A stretch of 64,000 nucleotides of DNA from Terriglobia bacterium (GCA_965198225.1 CBDAOY010000004.1:256001-320000); one strand, 5' to 3'. Counted from the first letter of the stretch, positions 30,589-41,151 are shown. Notes: a model not told the origin generated them from the letters alone. Translations and numbers: made by a program.

Positions 30589-31344
30589 ATGACGTCTATG
30601 CTGACGCACCGACCTTACAGTCTCATCGCTCTCTGGTTTACGCTGCTCGCTGCGTGCGCGCCGGAACCGGCCGTGCTACCGGAATTCGCCGAACCCGAGC
30701 TTGTCGACGCGGAAGCGATCTTCCGTGAGATGGAATCGACTCTGGTTTCCGCGGACACGGTGCATTTCCAGTGTTCCATCACTTCCGAAGGAGTGGTGTC
30801 GAGCGATCTCGCCGGCAGCCTGTGGCTCGCGTCCGGGAACCGGACGCGCATCGACGTTGCGGGGACGTTTGCCGCCGAAGCGGTCGAGCTGACCTTGCTC
30901 TCGGACGGGACGCGGTTGGCCGGCGGTTCCGGGGCAGCAACCTTCGACATCGAGACTCCCGTCGGATTGCGTGAGGCGATTCTCATCGGCGCGACGCGGA
31001 TGGGCCTGTTGCACAACCTGGCCATGCTGACCGGAGGCGCACCGCCTGATCGGGCGGACGGATCGGTGCGGGAATGGGTTCAGGCGTCGGGTTTCACGAC
31101 CGGAGAGGTTGAGGTGATCGACGGAGCGGCGGCGCGGCCGATCCGGTTTGAACTTACCGTCGCCGGGCAGCCCTCCGGGGTGGCCGAGTTGTGGGTCGAC
31201 ACGGACTCGGGTCTCCCGGTGAGGCGCAACCAGACGGTGCATTTCGATGGGGGCGACATGCGGGTCGTCGAGATATATTCCCTGGTCGAGCTGGACGGAA
31301 ATCCATCGCCGGACGCGTTCATCAGAGCGGTCCGGGACGAATAA
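30589..31344 (+). CDS. Hypothetical lipoprotein, possibly LolA-like beta fold
   Basis: LAAC lipobox; ELWVDTDSGLPVR motif. Confidence 0.6.
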   Translation: MTSMLTHRPYSLIALWFTLLAACAPEPAVLPEFAEPELVDAEAIFREMESTLVSADTVHFQCSITSEGVVSSDLAGSLWLASGNRTRIDVAGTFAAEAVELTLLSDGTRLAGGSGAATFDIETPVGLREAILIGATRMGLLHNLAMLTGGAPPDRADGSVREWVQASGFTTGEVEVIDGAAARPIRFELTVAGQPSGVAELWVDTDSGLPVRRNQTVHFDGGDMRVVEIYSLVELDGNPSPDAFIRAVRDE

Positions 31345-31436
31345 TCCCGCTTCGTCGGCCCTGCTTCGGACTTCTTCGCGCATTGACGTTTTCCACCCGA
31401 TCCCGGAAGATGGGACCGCGTTTCCGGAGGCCAGAA

Positions 31437-32813
31437 ATGAGAAAGAGAATTCTACGTTTGGGCGTCGTCCCGGCCGTTTTGCTCGGGCTGATCGCGCCGC
31501 CGTCAGTCCTGTCGCAGAGTGGAAGCCGGTCCGAACTCCTGGCCCGAATCGACGATAGCGTCGAGGCCACGATGGAGCGAGATCACGTCATCGGGATGTC
31601 GATTGGCGTCAAGAAGAACGGTGAGGTCATCGTCGCAAAGGGTTACGGTTATGCGGATCTGGAGAACGATGTCCGCGCGACTGAGCACACGGTCTACCGG
31701 ATTGGCTCGATCACCAAACAGTTCACCGCGGCTTCCATCATGAAACTGGTCGAGGCCGGCATGTTGAGTCTGGATGACGAACTGACGGCATTCTTGCCGG
31801 ATTATTCGACCGCCGGCCACAACATAACGATCGACCGGCTCCTGAACCATACCTCGGGCATCAAGGGCTACACGGAAATGGAGGCCTTCGGCGAGGTAAT
31901 GCGGGAGGACCTCTCGCAGGAGGAACTCATCGCGTTGTTTTCCGCGGAACCCTTCGAGTTTGCTCCCGGCGAGAAGTACCAGTACAACAACTCCGCCTAC
32001 TATCTGCTGGGTGTGATCATCGAGAAGGTTACGGGACAGACCTACGAGGAGTATCTGCACGAAAACATCTGGGAGCCGCTCGGGATGCTGGAGTCTCACT
32101 ACCTCGACAACTCCCCCATCGTCCGGAATCGGGCCGAGGGATACGAGTTTCGGCGGGGACGCGTCGTCAACGACGATCCCCTGAGCATGCGCCTGCCCTA
32201 TTCGGCCGGCTCCCTGGGATCGAGCGTGTCGGACCTGTTCACCTGGCAGGCAGCGCTCCAGGGCAACAGGGTCATCAGCGAAGGCAGCTATGAGCGCATG
32301 ATCACGCCCGGGACTCTCAACGGCGGCAAGAAGTTGACCTACGGGTACGGGTTGGGGATTGGTGCGATGGAAGGACACCGAAAGATATCCCATGGAGGCG
32401 GCATCAACGGTTTCCGGACCCACCTTTCCTACTATCCGGATGACGACCTGACGGTCGTCGTCTTGACCAACACCGGCTCCGCCAGTCCGGCCGTGCTCGA
32501 GAGCGAGATCGCCCGAGCTGTCCTTGGCATCGCCAGGATCGATATCCCGGAGATCGACCTGACGATCGCTCAACTGGAGATGTATGCGGGCACGTACGAC
32601 CCTGGGCGCTCGCCGATCCGGGTATCGGTTCGCGACGGTCACCTGATGATGATGGGGGTAGCGCTTCGCCCGATCGGCGACCATCGATTCGTTTCGTCGA
32701 TCGATCCGTATCGCCGGGCCACCTTCACCATGGAGGGCGATCGCGCCGGCCGGGTTCGGATCGAGCGGGAAGGGCAGGTTACCGAAGCCCCACGGGTCCC
32801 CCCTGGCCCGTAA
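31437..32813 (+). CDS. Serine hydrolase (beta-lactamase class C / PBP-like)
   Basis: SITK (SxxK), LLNHTSG, YNN and HGG motifs; signal peptide. Confidence 0.92.
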   Translation: MRKRILRLGVVPAVLLGLIAPPSVLSQSGSRSELLARIDDSVEATMERDHVIGMSIGVKKNGEVIVAKGYGYADLENDVRATEHTVYRIGSITKQFTAASIMKLVEAGMLSLDDELTAFLPDYSTAGHNITIDRLLNHTSGIKGYTEMEAFGEVMREDLSQEELIALFSAEPFEFAPGEKYQYNNSAYYLLGVIIEKVTGQTYEEYLHENIWEPLGMLESHYLDNSPIVRNRAEGYEFRRGRVVNDDPLSMRLPYSAGSLGSSVSDLFTWQAALQGNRVISEGSYERMITPGTLNGGKKLTYGYGLGIGAMEGHRKISHGGGINGFRTHLSYYPDDDLTVVVLTNTGSASPAVLESEIARAVLGIARIDIPEIDLTIAQLEMYAGTYDPGRSPIRVSVRDGHLMMMGVALRPIGDHRFVSSIDPYRRATFTMEGDRAGRVRIEREGQVTEAPRVPPGP

Positions 32814-32829
32814 CCTGGACGATTCGAGA

Positions 32830-33411
32830 ATGAAGCGAATCTGCGTGTTCGCCGGATCGAGCCCTGGGTTGAGGGAAGAATATTCGGCCGCGGCCCGATC
32901 TCTTGCCCGCTCGCTCGTGTTTCGCCACTTGGGCCTCGTTTACGGCGGCGGGGATATCGGGTTGATGGGAGTCCTGGCCGACACGGTTCTCGACGAGGGC
33001 GGCGAGGTTATCGGTGTCATCCCGCGGGCGCTTCTCGACCGGGAGATCGCGCACCGGACCCTCACCGAGCTGCGGGTCGTTTCCTCTATGCACGATCGAA
33101 AAGCGCAGATGGCGGAGCTGGCCGATGGTTTCGTCGTGCTGCCGGGCGGTCTTGGCACGCTGGAAGAATTCCTCGAGATTCTGACCTGGGCACAACTCGG
33201 AATACACCACAAACCCGTCGGGGTGCTGAACGTCGCGGGCTACTACGACACGCTCCTCGAATTCCTGGATCAGACCGTCGTCGAGCGGTTCGTCAAGGAC
33301 GAAAACCGTCGGATGGTGCTGGTCGAGGAACGCCCCGAGGCGTTGCTGGACTGCTTCGAGAGGTATACCCCGCCCGAGGTTCGGCAATGGGCGGATAGTT
33401 CTGAAACCTGA
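32830..33411 (+). CDS. LOG family (TIGR00730) nucleotide phosphoribohydrolase
   Basis: VYGGG..GLMG, MHDRK and PGGLGTLEE motifs. Confidence 0.93.
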   Translation: MKRICVFAGSSPGLREEYSAAARSLARSLVFRHLGLVYGGGDIGLMGVLADTVLDEGGEVIGVIPRALLDREIAHRTLTELRVVSSMHDRKAQMAELADGFVVLPGGLGTLEEFLEILTWAQLGIHHKPVGVLNVAGYYDTLLEFLDQTVVERFVKDENRRMVLVEERPEALLDCFERYTPPEVRQWADSSET

Positions 33412-33481
33412 TGCCTGCTGATGTCCAGGCATACGGCTGGGGCGTGACGGTTCTGTCCCCGCGGCTGAAAGCTGTCGGGGA

Positions 33482-34525
33482 CTAGTGATTACGCGAAGAC
33501 CGTTCCAGTTCGTCGTCGATGATCGTAGCGTAGGTTTCGAACGGTTGGGCTCCCGACACGATACGCCCGTTGATGAACACGGCCGGCGTTCCGGTGACTC
33601 CCGCGATGACGCCGTCCCGGATGTCGCTCCGGACTCGATCCGCATTCTTGCCTGAATCCAGGCAGGCATTGAAGGCCTCGGTGTTCAAGCCCAGGCCCTC
33701 GGCCTTGGCTTTCAGACTGGCCACTTCGAGCTCGACAGGTTCTTGAAAGAGCAGGTCGTGCAGCGTCCAGAACTGACCCTGCTCATGAGCGCACAGCGAA
33801 GCTTCGGCTGCCTTCTGTGCCCGGGAGTGGATGTTGTTCAGTGGGAACTGTCGGAACACGATCTGAATCTGATCCCCGTAGTGTTCCTTGATCTGTTCCA
33901 GCGCGGGAAGGGCTCTGCGGCAGAATGGACACTCGAAGTCCGAAAACTCGACGATCTTCACGGGTGCATCACCGAGACCCAACGCCGGATGATCGGCCAC
34001 CTCCAGCTCGACGCGATAGGGTTCGAGCAACGACTCCACTCCGTACGACTCCTTGAGGCGTTCGACGAACTCGCCGAGCGCTGTCTGGTAGCTCTGCTCG
34101 TTGAGGAAGTTCCGAACCTGCTGCAAGCCGTCTTCCTGGGAGAGGTTCGCCAGCCTGCTTCTGTTCGCGTTGTACACGTTCTGGACCTCGGCTTCGGTCG
34201 GCGCTTCTTTGTTGGCCGTTACTTCGGTGGCGAGCATCTCGTCCATCGAGATGCCCCGCTCCGCTGTCTCGGCCTTCAGGAGCCGGTCCGCGATCGCTTC
34301 GTTGAGAGCATTCTCGATGATTCCGTGCTCCTCTCTTCGGGTGTTGGCCGCGGCCTGTAGACGCTGTGTTTCCAGTGCCCCGAGCTCAGCCGCGGCCACT
34401 GCCCTCATATCCGCTTCAGTCAAGGTCTCGCCGTTGACGATGGCCAGAGGCCTCGACGATTGGGCCCGGGCGGCCGGAATCAGGATCAACGCCAGGGCAC
34501 ATACGCCCACGATGCGTGTGCACAT
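33482..34525 (-). CDS. DsbA/thioredoxin protein with SurA-like N-terminus
   Basis: FSDFECPFC, GVTGTP cis-Pro loop; signal peptide; GGAGG RBS. Confidence 0.9.
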   Translation of the reverse strand: MCTRIVGVCALALILIPAARAQSSRPLAIVNGETLTEADMRAVAAAELGALETQRLQAAANTRREEHGIIENALNEAIADRLLKAETAERGISMDEMLATEVTANKEAPTEAEVQNVYNANRSRLANLSQEDGLQQVRNFLNEQSYQTALGEFVERLKESYGVESLLEPYRVELEVADHPALGLGDAPVKIVEFSDFECPFCRRALPALEQIKEHYGDQIQIVFRQFPLNNIHSRAQKAAEASLCAHEQGQFWTLHDLLFQEPVELEVASLKAKAEGLGLNTEAFNACLDSGKNADRVRSDIRDGVIAGVTGTPAVFINGRIVSGAQPFETYATIIDDELERSSRNH

Positions 34526-34601
34526 AGGTTCCTCCGTTAACCAGTTGAAGCTAAATGCTACCAACTCTGAAGGGATTGGGACAGGTAAAGAAAGTGGCCG
34601 A

Positions 34602-34674
34602 GGTGACGAGTGACAAGTAGGAGCGGGCGATCTCTAACTGACTACTGACTACCGACTACTGACTACTGACTACT
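34602..34674. repeat. Heptamer tandem repeats (GTGACGA/CTGACTA type)
   Basis: ctgacta-like unit about five times; related arrays at 188-212, 300-321 and 27736-27762. Confidence 0.75.
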
Positions 34675-34703
34675 CAAAAGGGGCGGCTTCGCCGCCCCTT
34701 TTG
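34675..34703 (-). terminator. Rho-independent terminator (bidirectional shape)
   Basis: caaaaggggcggc ttc gccgccccttttg, just after the stop of the MBL gene. Confidence 0.85.
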
Positions 34704-34711
34704 TTCCCCGG

Positions 34712-36301
34712 TCAGTTTTCCGCCGTGGCCATCACCCGCGCCAGATCCCGGTACGGGCCGACACCGCCGTGACCGCCCACGACCTGATTCACGTCCAGGC
34801 CGGCCGCCGTGACGCCCCTGTAGAAAGCCAGCGCGTTCGCGTTGTCCGCAGTCACAGGTCCACCCGGTGAGTAAAGGTCACTTACGAAGGCGGTCCCTGC
34901 GTCGGCCACAAACGCGATGAGCATTCCTGTGGCGTGCTCGTTCTCGACATGATGGAACTGGACGGTTCGTGTTCCGTCGGTCAGCTCCATCGGTTCGCCA
35001 ACTCCCTCCACGGTTGGGCTGGCACCCGACGCTTGTTGGAGAGAGTCCGGCCTCTGCGTGTGTTCGGCGCCAAGAACAGTCTCCAGGAACGGCACGATAC
35101 TCTCGTGACCGACGATAGTTGCGCCCTTTGCGGCGTATGCCCGGACTCCTCCGCTGTGGTCCATGTGGAAGTGGGTCAGCACGGCGTAGCGGATCGGCTT
35201 GTCGGGAAAACTTTCCTCCAGAGCTTCGATAACCGCCGCCGATCTTTCCTCATACAGCGGCGTTCCCACGACGATCAGATGGTCTTCCATCTCGACCACC
35301 ATGCTGTGATGGCTGCTTCCGGTGGCATGGAGGATTCCCGGGGCGACTTCCCCGAGCACGACGTTCTGCGGCTGGGCAAACCCCTGGTATCCGACCCCGA
35401 GTGTCGCCCGGCGCAGAGTCCACTGCGAAACCTGGCGCTCACCAACCTCCGGTGTGTCGCGAACTTCCTGAGGGATATCGAAGGTCCCCTCGTCGAACGT
35501 CCCGTTGTTGATCAGGTTGCGGAACTCTTCCAGCCTGAATCGTTCGCCGTTCAGGAACAACGCTTGCGCATGAGGCAGCCTGACGTTGATCGGTGTTCCG
35601 TCGGCGGCCGCGTCGACCTGGGCTTCACGCCACTGGTCGTAAACCAGCGTGTTCAGCGTGTCGCCGTAAAGCGGATCGTCTTCAGTGTAGGTAACCTGTA
35701 TCGGGAGCTTCGTGAAGTTGTCGATCTGGAGTTCGACCGGCTGGCCGCCGTCCCGATACTGCAGAAACTCGATGGTCGTCCCGTCGACCGTTTGATCCTC
35801 CACTCGCGTTAGTTCCGCTGAGTCTCTTGCAACGAAGAGCAGCCGTGTTGCCAGGCGGTTGAAATCTCTCATCCGCGTCGCAAACCGGCTCGGATGCATC
35901 CGGGTGTACACGGGTTCGCCTTCCTCGTCGGTCCCCCGGAGAGCGCCGACGTTGCCGTCGATCACCTCAGTGAACTGAACAGCCTGATTGTTCGGATAGA
36001 TTCGTTCGCCATCAAAGTTGAGGTACATACTCGAGTTCGTGAAGTCGACCATCAGTGTCCGGCCCCAACCATTGACCTGGCGTTCGGCCCCGGGCTCTAC
36101 TGCCTGCATCGGCTCCCAGTCATTGCCCTGCGAGACGATTTCCTGTCGTTCGATCGCGGAGAGCACGTCCCAGCCGCCCATGGATTGCGCAACCTCGTCG
36201 AGCAGCGCACGTGCCGCTTCCGGGCCGGTTGTGGGCTCCGAGCCGCAGGCGGAAATGGAAAGGACCGTCAGCGTGAGAACGATAATCCAGCGGGTTCTCA
36301 T
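34712..36301 (-). CDS. MBL-fold metallo-hydrolase lipoprotein
   Basis: THFHMDH motif, later H, SD and GHG; ISAC lipobox. Confidence 0.85.
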   Translation of the reverse strand: MRTRWIIVLTLTVLSISACGSEPTTGPEAARALLDEVAQSMGGWDVLSAIERQEIVSQGNDWEPMQAVEPGAERQVNGWGRTLMVDFTNSSMYLNFDGERIYPNNQAVQFTEVIDGNVGALRGTDEEGEPVYTRMHPSRFATRMRDFNRLATRLLFVARDSAELTRVEDQTVDGTTIEFLQYRDGGQPVELQIDNFTKLPIQVTYTEDDPLYGDTLNTLVYDQWREAQVDAAADGTPINVRLPHAQALFLNGERFRLEEFRNLINNGTFDEGTFDIPQEVRDTPEVGERQVSQWTLRRATLGVGYQGFAQPQNVVLGEVAPGILHATGSSHHSMVVEMEDHLIVVGTPLYEERSAAVIEALEESFPDKPIRYAVLTHFHMDHSGGVRAYAAKGATIVGHESIVPFLETVLGAEHTQRPDSLQQASGASPTVEGVGEPMELTDGTRTVQFHHVENEHATGMLIAFVADAGTAFVSDLYSPGGPVTADNANALAFYRGVTAAGLDVNQVVGGHGGVGPYRDLARVMATAEN

Positions 36302-36404
36302 CAGTTTCACCCCCATTGCAATGTTTGAATCAGTGAAGGGTACGTCAAGCGGGCTCAAAGATCAATTGAATGAGAGGGTTTGGTGGAGGGTTCGACGCCT
36401 TGGG

Positions 36405-37184
36405 TCAGACGCCGCGGGGCAATTTTTCGGCGGGGACCCATATGGAGCGCCCGGTCAGTTCACGATGGTCCAGACCCGCAGCCTTGTCCATCAGCCGAAG
36501 AGATTCCGGCTGCGGCACCTCGAAACGCCAGTCATCGGACCGCCCACCCACGTCTTCGAGAGCCGACGTCCACTCGCCCCACCACGGCGTCAACCGTCGG
36601 GCAATCGGTTCGACGATCAGGGCCGATGCCCCACGGCGGGCAGACCGTCTGAGCCTCTCGAGCAGTTTGCCGCGCGACGAAGCGGTAAGCTCATTTACCG
36701 TAAAAGCCGCCAGAATGCCGGCACCCTTGCCGGGCAGATCGAAGCCTGCCAGGTCGGCCCGGTGTACCTTCCCCCGCAGTCCGAGTGTCTGAAGAGCCCA
36801 TCGCGCCTCGTCCGCGGCCCACGAGTTCCGCTCGACACCGACGATTTCAGGTCGCGTTCCGGAAGACAGCGCCCAGGCGGCCCCTGCCGCACCGGTTCCG
36901 CAACCGAGATCGACGACCCGAGTCAGCTCGCAGCCGTCAGCCCCGAGCGCGAGCACGATTTCACGGACAAGAAGGAAGTGGAGTGGTGCGTAAAAAAGGG
37001 CGAACGCGGCCCGCTTTCCGGCGCTCTCCAGAGCCCGCCCGGCTCTAGAGAGCCGGCGCTCGACATACCCGACCGATAGCGCCTGAACGGCCCGCCGGAC
37101 CTCCTGGAAGGTGAGATCGGCGAGGTGCCGATCTTCCAGAGCCGAGAACCAGGTTCGGAACGCGTCTGTCTCGTCTGAGGTCAT
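36405..37184 (-). CDS. SAM-dependent methyltransferase (Rsm22-like)
   Basis: AFALFYAPLH, VDLGCGTGA and LIVEP motifs. Confidence 0.75.
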   Translation of the reverse strand: MTSDETDAFRTWFSALEDRHLADLTFQEVRRAVQALSVGYVERRLSRAGRALESAGKRAAFALFYAPLHFLLVREIVLALGADGCELTRVVDLGCGTGAAGAAWALSSGTRPEIVGVERNSWAADEARWALQTLGLRGKVHRADLAGFDLPGKGAGILAAFTVNELTASSRGKLLERLRRSARRGASALIVEPIARRLTPWWGEWTSALEDVGGRSDDWRFEVPQPESLRLMDKAAGLDHRELTGRSIWVPAEKLPRGV

Positions 37185-37270
37185 TAGCGATGAATACTTC
37201 GCAGGCGTCGCAAAGGCTGACACCAAAGGTAATGTACACGCCCGTACGTCGTTTCCCCCCCTTTCTTCGC

Positions 37271-38086
37271 TCAGTCTCCGTCGGCGTCGTTCGACCAGTC
37301 CGGGAAAACATCCGGCTCCAGATCCAATCCACTGGCGAACTTTGTCAGGCCCGCAAAACGTTGGACCACACACAGTGTTTCCCAGACCTCTTCCTCGTCG
37401 ATCTCTAGCCTCCTGGCTTCGTTCCCGAAGAAGTCGGTACCGTAGTCCGATCCCGCGGCAGCGGATACAGCCAGCGCAATCAGTGTCTTCCGTTCCCGCG
37501 TCAAGAGGTCCGCCTCCAGGACCTGACGAACCCAGGACCAGGTCACCCGCAGGTAGAGCCCTCTTCGCGCGAGGGCGCGGAAGACGCCCGGAGCCTGCTG
37601 CATGCCGAAGAACTCGGCGATTTCGCCCAGCGGTCCGGCGTCGCCGGAATCAACAGGGATCGAAACCAGCGGACGGCGCCGGGAGCCTTCGTCGAACTCC
37701 AGCGGAAGCCGCAGGCCGTCGGCAAGCCGAATCAGTCCGTGGACGGCCATGACCACATAGATGGCTTCGACCCAGATTTCCGGATTCTTTGCCTGTTTGT
37801 TCTGCTGCATCCCGGCAGCAGTGTGTGAGACTACTCAGTAGTCGCATGTGTAGATGGTCGATGTCGCCACGGCCAGCATCTCCTTGAACCAGCCGGGGAG
37901 CACGCCGCTTGTTCCCATCAGCGCGCCCATGCCTTTGGAGTGTTCGATCGCCAGGTCGAGCTTGTAGGCCATGGCGCGGCTGATCATCGGGACGCGATCC
38001 CAGCTCATCCGTTTCATGACGGCGTCGAAATAGGCTCGTTGTTCCGGAGAGTTGTCTTCGATCGGTGGTATCGGGATCGTGGGCAT
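37271..38086 (-). CDS. Selenoprotein: tandem AhpD/CMD-like protein, 271 aa, with CDYU motif
   Basis: ORFs 37835-38086 and 37271-37810 are in frame across one TGA (37835-37837), giving EMLAVATS..TCDY-U-VVSH; AAGGAG RBS; SECIS-like hairpin follows. Confidence 0.85.
37802..37821 (-). promoter_or_regulatory. Candidate bacterial SECIS hairpin
   Basis: CTGCTGC-CGGGAT-GCAGCAG stem-loop starting 13 nt after the UGA. Confidence 0.7.
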
Positions 38087-38248
38087 CGGGATTCTCCTTT
38101 TTCCTTGTGAAAGACCTGCCGCCCCGAAGCGCGGACGACAGCGAATTGAAACATGCCTGGCACGGCGCTGACAACGACCAGCAGCCGCGGGCTGCTACGC
38201 TAACGGCAGCCGAGTTCGCTCGTCTATTCCTGTTGCGAGAGTGATGTT

Positions 38249-39622
38249 ATGCCTGTTTTGTTCCTGACGCTGCTGCTCCAGAGCTTCTTCCCCATCTTTG
38301 ATGCACCCGGCGTGGAGTACGTCGGCCTCTCAGCTGTCAACGCATCGGACGAATCCGCCCAGGTTACGGTCACGCTCACCGGGAATAGCGGCTCTGTTGT
38401 GAGCGTCGCCGGAATGACACTGGCGGCCGGGAATCAGAGTGCACTCCTCCTCCGGGAGGTCCTGGACGTCGAAACCACCCCCGCGTCAGGATGGATTCAG
38501 CTGGATTCTTCGCAGCAGGGGACAGAGTTCTTCCTGGCGGCCGGCGGTGATGGACTGCTGGGCGGCGCGGCGCCGGCTAGGTCGCTGTCGACGATGATCC
38601 TGCTCCCGAACGTCCGGGTCGATACCGGGTTCAAGGAATTGGGCGCTACCGATACGCTGGTGGCCATCGTCCATCCGGGCTCTGCCTTTGCAACTACTGT
38701 TACGCTCGAGTTGATCGGGCTCGACGGCGCGGTCGCCGGCAGTGTGACCAGGGTTCTGCCGACCCGAGGCAGCCTGACTCTGCGAGTCTCGGAAGCCTTC
38801 CGCGACTTCATGCCTGACAATGGAGTCGGGGGCCGGACGTTCGAGGGTTATCTCCGACTGAGGTCGACACTGGGTATCTCGGCGTGGCAGCGCGTCGAGA
38901 CGCCTCTCGTGCACACGGTGCTCCGCGGACGCGGTCTCGAGGAGTTGGATTCTTCCGGTGTCGTGCTGGCTCCGTATTTCGTGTTCGGCGGGCTCTATAG
39001 GTCCACCTTGAATCTCATCAATCCCTCGGCCGAGTCCGTCAGCCTGGAACTCGTCGCCGAGAATGGCAACGGCGGCACGATCGGCGAGACCGTCCAGCGC
39101 ACCCTCGGACCTGGAGAGGTGCTCCGTTCCGATGTCGAGGCGCTCTTTCGCGTCGTCACGATCCAGACTTTTCCCGGCCCGACGATTACCGGTTATGTCC
39201 GCATCCGTGGGACCGGTGGCGGTTCGATCCAACTGATCGGAAGCCTCGACGTTGCCAGTACCGGGCAGGGGACGTTCTCGCAGTCCGGGATGTCCTACCC
39301 CATCGGTGATCGAAGGACCGAGATGTGGGTGATCCCCCTGGCACTCGGCGGGTCGGACTACTACTCCGGATATTCCATTGCCAACCCCAACGAACTGCTC
39401 GCGGTCCAGACGGATGTGACGATCGAAGTCCGCGACTCCAGTGGGGTGCTGATCGACACATCGTTGGTGTCGCTGTCTCCGCGCCGGCAACATGCAGCCG
39501 TGACGCCACGCGAGCTGGCATCGGGCTGGGTCCGCATCACCGCGAACATGCCGGTCGGGCTTGTCGCTGCAATCGGCACTGCCGACTCGAGCGTCCTCGA
39601 ACAGGTGCCGGCAGGCAACTGA
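38249..39622 (+). CDS. Hypothetical secreted protein with four repeated beta-rich modules
   Basis: Repeated pattern [SA]..N/HP....V.L......G...SG[WY]..I/L; hydrophobic N-terminus. Confidence 0.65.
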   Translation: MPVLFLTLLLQSFFPIFDAPGVEYVGLSAVNASDESAQVTVTLTGNSGSVVSVAGMTLAAGNQSALLLREVLDVETTPASGWIQLDSSQQGTEFFLAAGGDGLLGGAAPARSLSTMILLPNVRVDTGFKELGATDTLVAIVHPGSAFATTVTLELIGLDGAVAGSVTRVLPTRGSLTLRVSEAFRDFMPDNGVGGRTFEGYLRLRSTLGISAWQRVETPLVHTVLRGRGLEELDSSGVVLAPYFVFGGLYRSTLNLINPSAESVSLELVAENGNGGTIGETVQRTLGPGEVLRSDVEALFRVVTIQTFPGPTITGYVRIRGTGGGSIQLIGSLDVASTGQGTFSQSGMSYPIGDRRTEMWVIPLALGGSDYYSGYSIANPNELLAVQTDVTIEVRDSSGVLIDTSLVSLSPRRQHAAVTPRELASGWVRITANMPVGLVAAIGTADSSVLEQVPAGN

Positions 39623-39647
39623 TCCACCCGCTGTTTGTCTCAACGAA

Positions 39648-39800
39648 GTGTAGGTGTGGTCTATGACCATCCTTGTCCAAAAGAGGCCTTCGAGGGGAGG
39701 GAATTTTGGAGAGGCGGATCTCCTGAGGAGGTGTAGGTGCGGTCTATGACCGCACATTCTTCGAGCCGAAACGATGTGCGCTCATAGAGCGCACCTGCAC
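39648..39800. repeat. Single REP plus REP doublet
   Basis: Three gtgtaggtg(c/t)g..ctatga arms between convergent genes. Confidence 0.85.
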
Positions 39801-39822
39801 CCGATCCTGAAGTTTCGTTGTC

Positions 39823-40980
39823 TCAGCCGCTGAGCGCCTGTTCGAAGTCTTCGATCAGGTCCTCGATCGATTCGATTCCGACCGACAGCCGCAGCAGTCC
39901 GTCGGGAATCCCCAACCTTCCGCGATCCTGGTCGGACATGGCCGAGTGTGTGGTGATGGCCGGCCGCGTGATCAGCGTCTCGATGCCTCCCAGGCTGACC
40001 GTGTTGATCGGCAGCTCCAGTCGCTCCATAAACTCTTCCGCGGCGTCGGCGGCGCCCGAGAGTTCGAAACTAAGCATTCCCCCAAACCCGTCGAACAGAT
40101 CCCGCGCCAGTGTGTATTCGCGATGAGATTCGAGTCCGGGGTAGTTCACGTTCTCCACGGCCGGGTGTTTTTCCAGGAAGCTGGCCAGGAACATCGCATT
40201 GCTGTTCTGCCGGTCGACGCGGACCGCCAGTGTCTTGATGCCGCGGTGGAGCAGGAAGGCGGCATGCGGGTCGAGCGATCCGCCGAGATGGTTGAGCCGG
40301 TGGGTGATCCTCTCGATCAAGTCCGCACGGCCGATGCATGCACCAGCGACCAGGTCGGAGTGTCCGTTGAGGAACTTGGTCGCGCTGTGCAGTGACAGAT
40401 CGATGCCGACCTCAGACGGCCGGAAGTTGACCGGGCTGGCGAAAGTGTTGTCGATCATCGAAACCAGGCCGTGTGTTCGCGCGAATTCGGCTGCCATCTT
40501 GATGTCGGGGACCCGTAGGGCCGGGTTCGACATGGTTTCCAGGTAGATGGCCCGCGTGTTGTCTCGCAGCATCTCCTCCCAGGACGCCGGAGCGGCCCCA
40601 TCGATGAAGTCGAACTCGATCCCGAATGACGGAAAGTCTTCGGTGACGAGGTAGTGGGTCCCGCCGTAAAGACAATCCTGGACGAGGACATGATCGCCGG
40701 CCGACAGGAAGGTCAGCAGGGACGTCGAGATTGCCGCCATACCGCTGGAGGTGACCACCGCCGCTTCGGCGTTCTCGAGTGCCGCGAGCTTGCTGGCGAC
40801 CGCGACCTGGTTTGGCGTGTTGTTCAGCCGGATGTAGGGAATCGCATCATACCCGATTTCGTCAGCCCGCTCGTACATCGCGGTCTGGAAAATCGGCATC
40901 GTGATCGCGCCGCCGATGCGTGGCGAAGGCTCGCCGCTTCGGATGACTTTCGTATCGATATGCTTGAAGCTGTTTGGCAT
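39823..40980 (-). CDS. Cys/Met metabolism PLP enzyme (cystathionine gamma-lyase/synthase family)
   Basis: SGMAAI, DNTFASP, HSATKFLNGHSD and SLGG motifs. Confidence 0.92.
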   Translation of the reverse strand: MPNSFKHIDTKVIRSGEPSPRIGGAITMPIFQTAMYERADEIGYDAIPYIRLNNTPNQVAVASKLAALENAEAAVVTSSGMAAISTSLLTFLSAGDHVLVQDCLYGGTHYLVTEDFPSFGIEFDFIDGAAPASWEEMLRDNTRAIYLETMSNPALRVPDIKMAAEFARTHGLVSMIDNTFASPVNFRPSEVGIDLSLHSATKFLNGHSDLVAGACIGRADLIERITHRLNHLGGSLDPHAAFLLHRGIKTLAVRVDRQNSNAMFLASFLEKHPAVENVNYPGLESHREYTLARDLFDGFGGMLSFELSGAADAAEEFMERLELPINTVSLGGIETLITRPAITTHSAMSDQDRGRLGIPDGLLRLSVGIESIEDLIEDFEQALSG

Positions 40981-41065
40981 CGAATTCTCCCCGGCAGAAG
41001 TTGTCGTCGAACCAGCGGCAGTTTACCACCTGACATAATTTCGACAGGCGGGAACGAAAAGAACT

Positions 41066-41151
41066 AACCACGGAGGCACGGAGACGCGGAGGGATCCGTT
41101 GGCACTCAGAAGTGCCATTCATATCCTCCGTGCCTTCGTGCCTCCGTGGTT
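41066..41151. repeat. ACCACGGAGGCACGGAG inverted-repeat element
   Basis: aaccacggaggcacggag...gtgcctccgtggtt. Confidence 0.8.
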
